Below, piece by piece: positions 30,994 through 42,818 of a stretch of 64,000 nt of DNA. The stretch's first letter is position 1; every line of letters starts with the position of its first letter. A program made the position numbers and the translations under genes. The stretch is from Amoebophrya sp. A120 (Eukaryota; Protista; Dinoflagellata). Below the pieces are notes generated by a model that worked only from the letters and a program-made list of their open reading frames with translations, was not told the DNA's origin and ran no database searches. The DNA lies in NCBI GenBank assembly GCA_905178155.1, contig CAJINV010000002.1, positions 2,440,162 to 2,504,161 of the forward strand, in the 5' to 3' direction.

Positions 30994-33475
30994 ACTGAAC
31001 TTTCAAAAGAAAGAATAAAAGACAAACTTACAACGGACTTAGCGTTGAATATTACATTTTCGTACAGCGGTTAAGCTGAAAATAATTCTTACCGTAGATT
31101 TTATGAAGCTACGTCTTCCGCGTACACCCCCTATAATCTAACCCCTGTTTGTTCCTGTTCCCTCCACTGCCAGCGTTTTGCTCTAGTGGTTTTGCGTTAT
31201 CTATCCTTAGCTTAGTATAACCTACTCTCCGCTACCACTGCAGAAATAGAAAGCCATCTAATTCTGTAAAGAAGCGCTTTGTGGATAAAAGAAGTAGAAA
31301 AACGCACTATTGTGGACCCTTCTGTTCCTGTCTAGAATGGGCGGGATTCTCCATTTTTCTGGATCTTTACTTAAAGGTAAGGGGGCCACTTTCTAAAAGA
31401 AAAACAAGCTTTGTTCGTCTTCAGCTAGGACGAGGACACTCATTTTTCTGGATCTTTCAAAACACTACCTTAAAGCTTAAGGAGAACTTGGTTAAAGCAA
31501 GCCGGATCATACCGTGATAAGTAACTTGAACCTCAGCTTTAGTTGCGAAAAAGGGAAAAAAGAGAGAGAAAAAAAGGCAAGCGCATTCTGCTTGACTTTT
31601 ACTAGAGCAAGAGCTACTGCAAACCTTAACTTCGTTTTTCGTATGCATTTCCTGTTTTTCAAAAAAATTACAACTTCACTTTAAACCCTGCCCTTAACCT
31701 CCTCCGAAGCTCCAGATAAGACCACCCCCACGCCCGCCGCTCGTTAACAGTCGTATCGCAGGAGACACCGAGAGCACAGTAAGCACACCAGAAGACCTCC
31801 GATCCGTAAGAACAAGACCTGGATAAACACCATAACAGCCCGGAGTCCTTTTTTTCAAGTTTTTAACGTTTTCGACTACGAAGCCAGGTATAGATCCACG
31901 CCCCGCCAAAAGACCGAAGGAGGCATAGCTGCAGCACCGAGGCCTCGACCCGCCGCCCGAAGGCGGAGCACATCGACTCATGGTCGGAGGGCGTAGAAGA
32001 CAGCGTGATGCAAAACTGCTGGAGACAACAACTCAGCACATGACACATCGCGAAATCCATGATGCAAACGATCAGCACACGATCTTCTTCACCCAGCCCC
32101 ACGATGTCGCTGCTCCACAACCTGTTCACAGCCAGCAACTCATCGATCTCCACGCATCCCCGATTTCAAACCCCTCCGAGCAGAGACGCTAGTACTTGCG
32201 GAGGCTTTAACGGAGGACTTGATCTTGAGTACAGGAAGGGCAGAACTACAACGAGTACGACTTGATCTTGAGTACATCGACAAGAACTGCAACGCGAACG
32301 TCTTGTACCAGAAGAGCAGCTACAGCTCGTTAGGCTGCGAACTTTTTCGAGAACAGTCGAGAGGTGGGCCTGAAACTCGTCGAAGGCTAAGGACACGCCG
32401 CCCCCTTTCTTACTGCCGTCTGCCGGGGCGTAGGCACTGCATATCGCGATGTATGGAAGCCGCAGGCCGATGACGCGGGGCTGAGAATGAACACGAAAAT
32501 TCCCGCGCAAGATTTCTTTGATCCACTTGCGGTTAAACAGGACGATGGCAGCGCCGTTAATCCAAAGAACAAGCCAACGGGAATCCGGGTCGATGGACGT
32601 GGAGTAGGCGTCGGGCGGGCACTCATCGGCACCTGCCGCATCGTACGAAAACTCGCTTGCACAAATACCGTCCAACCGAGGGCCACCACGTAAATGAGCG
32701 TCACAAAAATGCTGCAGGATCATATCGCGCTGCGCAGACTGGAACTTCCCCTGGAAGTTAACGGTGACAAAATGCGCAAAGAACCCCTTTTTCCTCCTGG
32801 CCCTGGTGCGGCGCGTATGTGGTGTTACTGGAATCTTCTCCGCAGTACGGATGCCCGGGTCCCAGATTTACCATCTTCAGTACGGATGCCCTTCTACGCA
32901 GTTTTTTTGATGGAGGAAAATATCGTTTTTTTCCCCGAACTCTTGAGACGCCGCAGCAACTTGTTCGAGCAGTTCCTCCGGGATTGTGCTGTAATTGGAG
33001 AGGTTGATGCCCGTTTTCATTAACACGTAACTATCGTGTGTGCACTTCTTGTGCGGTCGGACGAACACATACCCGGCCCAGATTGGGTTGCCGTTCGCAT
33101 CCAGAAGCTTCGTCTTCTTCTCCGGATCCGACGGGTCCTTCCTCCAGCCCAGTCGTTGGACAGTCCCGAACAAACGCTCTCCCAACTTCGGTCTTGGTAT
33201 CAAATCCCCATCCTCCATCAAAGCATCACCTTCCGGCATCGTGTTCGTGTAGCAGGTGACCAGGCAACAAGTTAACGTTGTTCTGCACGTGCAGGAGACG
33301 GTGAAAGCAGAAGCACAGGGCAGACGCACACTACAGGGACGGAAACAACGACATTGTTACAACGACATTGTTACAACTTTTGTTCATCCTTAAACATTGT
33401 TACAACTTTTGTTCACCCTTAAACAAGAACTGCAACGCGAACGTCTTGTACCAGAAGAGCACTTACAGCTCGTTA
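30598..33475 (+). repeat. Three dispersed direct copies of acaagaactgcaacgcgaacgtcttgtacc
   Basis: Copies at 30598-30632, 32275-32332, 33423-33475; the last two match over 53 bp with 2 mismatches. Confidence 0.9.
32333..33422 (-). mobile_element. Decayed non-LTR retrotransposon (LINE) fragment: ORF1 remnant plus APE-type endonuclease N-half
   Basis: About 32775-32335 reads FVTVNFQG...LDGICASE...GAAIVLF...PRVIGLRL..IAICSAYAP...FDEFQAHLSTVLEKV, the motif order of the EEP endonuclease. It is cut before GDxN; no RT. Upstream ORF 32877-33329. Confidence 0.72.
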
Positions 33476-34082
33476 TCAAGTGAAGCGCTAGTCGGGATAT
33501 TGTACAAAGAAAGTCTTAGCACAAGAGCAAAAGAGATGCAGTCCGTCACGCGCAATTTGCATGACGAGCTGAGTGAATCGCACTTCATTCTTATCAAGGT
33601 GTGAAACTTTCAACAATTTTTGAAACAACTCGGGGTAGGTTCATATTTTTCGCTATCGATACGTACATTGCGGTAGCACAAGTTGTAGTTGACACTCCCT
33701 AATTATCGTCTCTGCATTTTTTTGTCTGTAACTGCATCTTGTAAACGGTAAGAACGGTTCTTACAGTGGATACGGGTTGCTGATTTAGAAATCATATTTG
33801 GCAAATTCATTTGGTAAGTGATATATTTGACATTCACAACATATTGCTTTCGCTATAAACGAAGATTTTCGATTGCAAACTGAAACTTATCTGACGAAAC
33901 CGTGCAAAAAGAGTAGTTCCTTGTGGTACCTAGAGGTCTAACTACAGATTTTGAGCCCATCTTTGTACACGACTAGTGTAAGCACATAGGTAGTAAGCAG
34001 TATTGTAGCCGAAGGGGCTACTCCTACTTATTCATTACACCGCTCAGCTACACCTCCTCCGTAGTACAAGTGGTCTACGCCC

Positions 34083-37000
34083 TCAACTTTCCCCCGCGAT
34101 CGCCATCGCCACATCGTAGTCATCCGGCGGTGGAAAGTGGTCATCGTCATACTGCTGGTGTTGTTCCCCTTGTGCTACTAGCTTTTCAGCATCACAACCA
34201 GCCACTGTAGCTCCTTTCGCTTCATCGTCCTGCTGGTTACTTGAAGAAACTATTTGTTGATCATCTGCTACTGCATGGTCTAGATTCAGTGGTGGCAACA
34301 AACCTCGGCGACCAGGAGCTTATTGAGAGGAAAAATCTCCCCTCCCCATATTGAAAAGGTATGTTTCCAAAAATTTGTGTAGCGCATTTGAGGTCACAAA
34401 TCACATCTGTCTTGCAAGAAGACAAGGGCAGAAGCTTCCGCCCCATTATGAAAGCGATTTGTCATGCTGTTGGGCCCAAAGGGGGGACGTTTGCCATGCT
34501 GAAATACTAGACCCATACGCCCCTACCTAGCCCGGGGATCTGACCGCAATGCTTTCCTGCAATACAAATCTGATTTGTGTACTCAGATCCAGCATCAGAA
34601 ATTTCGTTTTGATATGGGGAGGGGGGATTTTTCCTTTTGATAGAGCTGTTCCTCCTGTCATCGCAACTCCCGGCGTGGTGTGCGGCCTACTATTCACCTC
34701 GACATCCAAAATCTCCGCGTCCGTTGGGGAAATTGTCACCGTCATGGCGTTGTCTGGCGACCTGGTTAGCCGCGTTATTTCTGTTGCAGTTCCTCCTACA
34801 TTTTGATCCGCGGCGAATTCGGGTAGCAAGTGCGGGGGTAGCATGAACTCTTCCTCAAACCCGACCAAATCCGTCGCCTGACTCTCGGCTTGCAGTGACC
34901 GGGAATTGAGACTAAGATTTGGTTCTTTCTTCTTCCTATTCCCTCCGCCGGCACTCATCCAATTCCCCGGCGTTGTGTTCGGCCTTCTGGTGTCAAGGGA
35001 GGAGGAATAGGAATTCGTTCCATTTCGGTAACTGTCATCATGATTCATTTTCCCGCTCGCAAAGGGTGTTTTCCCGCCATTTCCGCCGTTCAATTTCTCA
35101 ATCATCGCGACCTCGTACGCCGGCCGCTGCTTCAATATGACAGTGCACAACTCCCCCTCCGCCTCGTTTGTAATGCAAAATCCGAAGTCCTATCGTTGCG
35201 ATGTCGATGCGGCACGGTTTGCATGACAAATCTTGGGAGCTCAAACAGCACGACGCTAGGCGCATCAACTTGTCATGCGCAGGCTCTATTTGAGCTGGTG
35301 GCTGTATTGCTGTTCATGCCATACAAATGAGGGGGAGGGGGACGAGTTGTGCACTCTCATATTCAACTTCAACCCGCCGCGACTAGCGAAGGCGCGGAAC
35401 CGGCGGTAGTCGGAAACGGAGATCTATGGATTGCAAAAATGTCTGGGTCTGGAAACTTGTAATGCTGCGTTGGAAATAGTGAATGCTCTGTAATGCACAG
35501 CCAAGCATGAGAAATATCTGCGCTTTTTTGTGTTGCGTTTTTCGCATGACAAACTGCTTTTTTGCATGACAGGCAAAAGGGTCTCTTCTTGGACACGCAT
35601 CACAAACTTTTTGGTCATGCCAGACAAGCACGACAAGTCTCGCAATCTTCCAGACCCAGACATTTTTGCATTTGATAAGATCTTGTTCTTTTCCAACGCG
35701 TGTTTTAGTTTGAAATCTAATGACTGAACGTTGGACTTTTTCAATTTCAAAAACGTTTTGCTGTAGCCGGCGGAATTCAGCAAAGGATTCGCGGTCAGTT
35801 TGCGGTTTGATACAACATCGGTTGTTGTATTCATCCCTGGAAGATCGTAGGAGTGAATTTGCTGGTAGTAATCCACTTGCTGCTGATGAAGATTATCCTG
35901 CAACTTATCGTAGTTGTGCTGGCCGAAGACAAATTCCGTTGTTTGCAAGAGATTCTTGTCCTTCTGCTTCTGGTTCCATTTCGACCGGGGCGGGGTTAGA
36001 TGCCGGTGCTGGGAATTACCATGGGGGTGTTGGTCCTGATTTGTTCAGGAAGAAAAATTGACTGAAGTTGCGATTATGCTGCTAATGTAAGTAGTCGAGA
36101 ACAGGCATGAAAAAAAAATGCGTGATCGTACAGATTCTGCATCACAACAAACACTAAAGACACGAAAACTATGCAGCAGTACCAGTCTCCCTCGGTGCAC
36201 GGACCCCAACATCAAACTTGGATCCGTCATGGAATTGTAGCTCCAATTGAAAGCCCCGGCACTCCCTAGATGAGCATGGTCCTTCTCGTAGTCTTCGCTG
36301 GAGATCAGGGACAAAGAGTGAAGGTGATTCTCCCCCAAATCGTAGATCAGCGACTGGGATAAGGATTCCAGCTGCGTGCTCAATTTTTTCCCGGTTGCGA
36401 CGGTTCCGTTCTTCCGCATGCGCATCCTGTTACCCTGCTCCTCGTGCTCGTCCCGAAGAAGTTGGGACCGGAGGGACGGGTTAGAAGGCGGGGAGAGGAG
36501 TTTTTGGTTTTGCTGCTGCTGCTGTTGTAGTGCTGCGGTTCCGTACAACGGTTTGATAGGGTCGAGTTTGTTGTTGTTTACAACTCCATGATACGCCTGA
36601 TTATTATACACCCGCCCCGTCACCGGATCAATCTCACCACCCCCTTCCACTCCAACCAATTCCCGTGGTGACCTCGACGCCGACCGACTCCGCCGGCTTT
36701 TCGACGTGGTTAGAGAGTTGTTCAAAGAGTCTTCCTGTCCACTACTAGACGGTCTTCCTTCCGACAGCCGCTGATAGACCGCTGATCGGTCGTTCGGATT
36801 ATGCTTCTCCCGCTCGAAGGTGGTTACTGTGGTGAGCACGCCGAAAGGGGGCTGGTGGACGTGATTGTGGGAAGAGATGGTGTTTGTCACGATTGTGGTG
36901 GTCGTCGGGGAGCCAGAAGCGGAGGCGGAGGCCGAGGCGGAACTACTATTCACACCGTCAACCGTCGTAGAAGCGGAGTTGGAACTAGAGGAGGAATTCG

Positions 37001-40000
37001 TCCGCTTCACAACTGCTCTTTTCTCCTTGAACCCCGCAAATTTCCACCCGTCTTGTTCCAGCTGCTCCCCGTGAAGCTCGACGGAAATATTGTTTGTCGA
37101 AGTTGTAGCTCCTGCGCCGTTGAAATTATCTGCGAAGAAATTATCCCTGCCTGCAACTTCATCCTGCTCGTGGTGTTCATACACGGAGATTTCGTCCTTC
37201 AACAAGTCAAAATTTGTCCCGGTGCTGCTGTGGAGGAAGCTTGTGCGGTTCGACATTCGCGGACTTGGTTGTTTCCGGTTGCTGTTGAGCATACTCCGCG
37301 GTCTCGGGCTCCGAGAGGAACTATGCCCCCGCAGGTTCAAACCACTACCCTGCTCTGCTGCTGCTTTGTCAGAAGGATTGTTCACCGGTCCTCGGTTAAC
37401 ACTGTTCCTCGTCCTATTTTTCCCCCGGCTCTGCAGCCCCGACCGACTCCCCACACCGACGAGTGGCAAAAATTGTTGCTGAGAAACTCCACGCGGCGGG
37501 GAAATAAAACTCCCGTCCTTCCGGTAGTTGCTGTTTCTCGCAATGGCGTTGGAGAACAAGCTGTGATCGGATAGCAATTTCTCCGAAATAATCTGACACT
37601 CGAGCGGCACGAGCGTTTTTTCCTGTCCGGGTTTTAGGACCTGTTGCTGCTGATATTGTGGTCCGCCTGTTGTTGATTCTGCAGCTGTTCCGAGGATGAC
37701 GGAAGTCGTGCTGTTCTTGTTTGCGTTCTCGCCTCCTCCAACCGTCCCATCGGACCCCGTGTTTGAACTGAGCGACTCATCCCGCACCATACTGGTCCCG
37801 TCCTCCCCTCCCCACCCCGGGAGTCGGCTCACCGCGTGGTACCTTTTCACGTTACTGGTCGTAACTGTTACCACTCTTGGTGGTTTCAACGACAAGTTAT
37901 TTTTCGGCTTACTGCTACTTTTCGACGCATTTTGGACGGAGTGGAGAATGCTGGAAAAATTTTCCTCGTCGTGACTGAACTCTTCCAAAGACTCGTCTAA
38001 TAGCGATCGGGTCGTGATGTGTGTGTTTTTCTGCTGGGAGAAATCATGATTTGGATTCGCATTGTTGTCCAACACATGCTCCCAATCCTGCTCGACAGAA
38101 TTTTCGAACAAATTACTATCTTGCGCCTGAATCGCGGCGATGACGTCATCGACGGTCTTCTCCAATGTGTTGGTCGCCAGGTTGGAGAGGAGAGGGTTAT
38201 GATTGTTCCCCGTCGTGGTTCTCACTCTCTGCGATGTGTTGAAACTGCTCCCCGAGTGCATGTCTTCGTTGTCATCTTCAGTGAGTAAAACCGGCTCCGT
38301 GATCATTGAGTTTTCTTCCACAATCCTTGGCTGCTCGTCCTGATCTGTTGTGATGGACAGGTGGGAAAAGTTGTGCTGGGAGAGCTTATTGTGGTCCTGG
38401 CTTTCGGTCGTTTGAAGAGGATTGTTCTCGATATTATCGTGCAGCCCGTGGTCAGGTTTTCGGTGTTGAAACTGCTGTTGCTGCAAAGATAGCGCAACTG
38501 GATCCTCCGATGGTGTACTCCTCGAGGACCCGGGGAGAAGCGGCGTGGTTGTGCCTGGTATATCGGGTGGAGTGCCATTTCCCTCTGGATTTTTGCCTGT
38601 ATTTGATCCAATCCGTGGAAGATGAGCCGCAATCTCCGTCTCGGTCTCGGTCGGGGTGGTGAAGTCCAGGCCGACGTTGGAATCACCGCCCTGCATAGGG
38701 GGTACTGCTGCTGATGAATTCTGCAACAAATCCACTTCAGGTTTCACCTCTTTCGGTTCAAACTCACGGCGCAGCACGTTTTGTTCAAAACAAATTTGTG
38801 CTCCCTCGGTTTCCGGACCAGGACCTCCTGTTCCACTAGACGAGAAGATTTCCGCGTGCTGTGCGGCTCCCTTAGATGGACCTGCAGCAGGCTGTGGAAA
38901 ATTCTCCTTCAAATCAATTGTCCTTGTCACCTTCTCCAAATCCAACCGCGGCGGCGACCCCGGGCGGGATAAAGTTTTCTTCACAGTGCCGCCTGGAGAT
39001 CTGTTCGTCGTCCCTGTGGCGTTTTGTTCCCCTCCAGGAGGAGCGGGCTGGGATTGTGGCCGTCGTGAGGGGACGTTTGCTGCTTGATCCATTGGCGGTG
39101 ACCGCGCAGGTGGCAAGGACTCGTCCAAACCTGAAGAGGAAGATGAGACTGCAAGAACCCCGGGCGCAACAAGACCTACCGGGCTGTTCGCTGCCCCAGT
39201 GTTCACACTAACCGAGTAGTTCTCCACGCCGGTGGGACTCGCATTTTGCTGGAGTAAGTGGTGCACAAATTGTTCCCGGTTGTGCGGATGCTGGGTGTAG
39301 TGGTGCGCGTTACCGCGTCCTCCGGTTCCTAACAACGACAATCCCTGTCCTACGACAAACCCTTCGATGGGGGAAATCGCAGCAGCTCCCACACTGTAAC
39401 TCGCGGAATTTTCCTCTTCTTCGTTGTGTCTTTTTTCCGCCTCGGTGGAGTGAAGGTGTGGTTGCTGCGGTAAGACATGGGAATCCTCCTCCAGCTTCAC
39501 GATCTGCCTCTGGACCTGTCTGCTGGCCGGACGGGAAACAACTCGGCACATGGAAGAGAGGACTTCTTTCGTGTCATCAGACGCAAGGGAAATGACAGTT
39601 TGGGGGATGATGGACTTACTTTTAGAAGTGGTCGTTTTTGCCGCTGATGTATTTCCTCCCGCAGCTGAAGAGGAAGAAGATGCTCCTGCGACTTTATTCA
39701 ACCCCCCGCCTCCGCCAGGCGTGGTTCTTGGTCGGCGGAGGCTGTTTACCGTTCCTGCTGCCGTCCCACCACTTTTCGCCGCCGTTCCACCAGTCGCAGC
39801 TTTGGACGAGGAAGAGGCTGCTGCTCCTCCTGCAGAAGTTCCGTGATTGTTCCTCACTCGTGAAATGTTGATTTTCCAGTTGTCAATCCACTCATCCTTG
39901 CCGAAGTTGTTCTGCCGGCTTTTCGTACCCCGCTGCCGAGCAGGTACTGCACCACCGGTCTTTTTCCCGGTAGGGACAGTGCCTGCATCCTCTTCTTGCG

Positions 40001-41243
40001 CACCGCTGGTTGTGTTGTGCACTTTCTTGTTTCCCATCGTCAAGGGGAACTGGAAATCCGGTAAGGTTTCCACCTCCAACGTCGGGAGAGGAACATAATC
40101 CCTCGGCTGATTCGCGGTTTTGTTCACGCCAAACGGGTCCGCCAACGTCCCCCGCGGAACCAAGTTCCCACTCACGGTACCGCGGACCAGGCTGGCGTTG
40201 GGGTTGAAGATAGGTGGGTTATTTGTCATGCTTCCTGGTATTGTGGTGTTCTGGTTGTTCTCTTTCTCCAACACCTGCTGCTTCAAGTTTTCCGTGATGT
40301 TTTGCACATCCTGCGTGAGCTGTTGTGCCTGCGCGGAAAGCTGCTGCGCTGTTCCCGTTCTTGCCGTGGAGGACTGATCGTTTGCGGCGTTGAACAAGTT
40401 CGCTCCAACCGTAGAAGCAGCTTTGTCCCTTGTTCCGTCCGCAGCTTCTGCGTCCCCACCCTCGAGCTGCTGGCCCTGCAATTCATTCTCCTGCGTGCTC
40501 GGACAACCAATTGACGCTACAGAAGACGGAGCAACTATCGGCGAGACCGGCGCTAAAGACGTCGGTGGGCTCTGGAACAGATGAGCGGTCGCCGGGTTGG
40601 CGGTCCACACTAAAGGCAAGTTTGGATTACTACCAGGATCCACTCCATCCACGACGGAAAGTCCGCCGTTCGGGTTCTGTTGCTGCATCGGCGTTGTTGT
40701 AACTCCTCCTAACAGACCGAACGTCGGCGACAACAACGGAGCGTTCTGGGTCAAGATCACGTGCTGTTCCCGGCTTTCATTCCCGATACCAACTTTGTTC
40801 AGTTTCTGCCGGTCCTTCGGGAACCGCGTGACAACAACGTCTTGGTGGTCTGAAGAAGCGGAGGATTTTTTCGCCATTTGGTCCCGGAAGTCCAGCATCT
40901 CCACGTTACTAGGGTGACTTGTCGTGAAATGGAACTCGTACTCGTCTGGGGCGGGCGGTTGCGCCGCGGTTGGAGGACCGTGGATGATTTTGTTGCTGTT
41001 GTTTAACCCGTAGTTTGTCATGCTGAACGCCGCATGGTTTTGATGTTGACCACCGCTAAGGGGTGAAGTCCCACCAGCACCCGGAAGCGGTGCAAAATGA
41101 TTCGTTACCCCGAGAGACTTGCTGACACCGAGGGAGGAGCGACGGGTTAAGTGCTGGTTATTTCCGGCGGGCGCAGGAGTTGACGTGGTTGAACTACAAC
41201 TACTTCCTATTGCAGGCGCCGTGCTCGGCTTGGTCACGCTCAC
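34083..41243 (-). CDS. Giant low-complexity, probably disordered protein (more than 2000 aa); 5' end unresolved, possibly up to an ATG at 42048
   Basis: 5.2-kb ORF joined in frame through GT-AG intron 36036-36182 and three introners to the stop at 34083. Confidence 0.8.
34321..34642. mobile_element. Introner family F (322 bp), inverted relative to 10350-10670
   Basis: TSD gagct; restores GGTA|PGRRGL. Confidence 0.92.
35136..35361. mobile_element. Introner family E (226 bp)
   Basis: TIR tatga.agtgcacaactc; TSD ttcaa; restores GLKL|KQRPAY. Confidence 0.92.
35425..35677. mobile_element. Introner family B (253 bp)
   Basis: TSD agatc; restores KNKI|SVSDYR. Confidence 0.93.
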
Positions 41244-42818
41244 GTTGATGCCGGACGGTATGAAACGAAAAAAGAGTGTGAGTGGAAGGACAAATGAATG
41301 TACTGCTCTTCATTGCGATGCGTAAGTTTGTTAAGAGGACAGCATTAAAAATGCAAGGTGATGAATCCTAGCTACTCACAGCCAGTTTCCTTCTCTCGTA
41401 GCGATCGACCGCATCTCCTCGGACAGTTCCTCGAATCGGATGTTGACGGAGGTTTGTATCGCACAGAAAATTGCTTGGGTGTTTAGCTCGTTTAGAAAGT
41501 ATCCAACAAATCTGTTTTGCATGCTTTGGAACCCTTATCATGAAATACCGCCCTTGTGCGGATTGTATTCTCGGCATGACAAACATTGTAAACAAACAAT
41601 TTTCCTGTACGATACTCGAACTAGAAGACGAACTCGAACTGCTTGGGATGTTGGCGACCGAAGGAAGTTTTTCATGCGTGAACGCAAGGTTGGCATCCCC
41701 AACACGAGGGGAGCCGAGTGCGCGACCATTGACTTTCGGCGAGGCCAACGCGGTCACGTGGAACGGAACTTCGACAAGCTGCTGGGGTTGGTCGTGTATG
41801 CAGTGGGAAAAACCTTTTTCATCGCCTGGAGTTTGTATTGCAGATTTGAGTTCCACTTTGTATTCATAATTGCATGCAAGTTTGCGAATTGTCTCGACGG
41901 TTGCATGCTGGTCCATCTATGCAATACAAGTTCGCACACGACCAATGTGAAGTTCACGAACGATACGCTGGCTCGAGGCTTTGTTTACCGTGATGCCCGT
42001 CTTGATGCCTCTGCCGGAGGCGGAGGAAACGGGACGGGGAGAGGACATTGCTGCTTCTTTTTGCTTGAACCTCTTGCCTAGATTTCAATCGTTCTCACGC
42101 ATAAGGGGGCTAGAATACGGTTTCCGACCGCTAGCTCTAGCTCTCCTGAAATGGGTTGGCGTTGATCGTTGGATATTATTGAGATGCCAGAAATTGAAAC
42201 GATTTCTCTCACGACAAATGCGCTTTCGCCAAGTATACGACATGCACCCACAGGTCCAACGACCTTTACACCGGAAGGAGTTCACGATGACACGCACAAT
42301 ACGGAGTCGACCACGGCTGTCACGATCACGAATCCACAATACATGGACATTCCTGTCTCTGATGCAGACCAAATAAACTACGAATTCGCACAACGTGAAC
42401 ACGGGTTGCAAGAAAGATCAATTTCCAGTAACGAAGACTGACTTGTGAATACCAGAACAATCAGAGGGGCGGTGCGACAAAAACATAAAGCTACAATTAT
42501 CAGCAAAGAAAACTAGTGGAGTTTCTTCTAGTGGGGGGGGGGGGGTTGCAAGGTTCTTGCAAATGAACTTGGAATTCTTACTTAGGCATTATTGAAACAA
42601 AAAGAAAAAAGTAAAAGACGTAGATCAACCTCATCGAAAAACAAAAAAGTCAAAAAAAAAACTCGCTGAAGAAAAAATGACTCTACTTCTAGATTTACTC
42701 CTGGTTACCTCGTTTCAGAGAGCTAATCAAAATCAAAGCTATGAAAAAGAAAAAAACAACCGGCCCTGGTAGCCGCCTGTTACTGCTCCGATGGTGGCAG
42801 CTGCTGGAGCGTTTACTC

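Noticed and set aside
31681-31700. Telomere-like ttaaaccct
   Set aside because: Single imperfect unit.
30598-33475. CRISPR-like reading of the three direct repeats
   Set aside because: Spacers exceed 1 kb, there are only three copies, no cas genes, and the context is eukaryotic.
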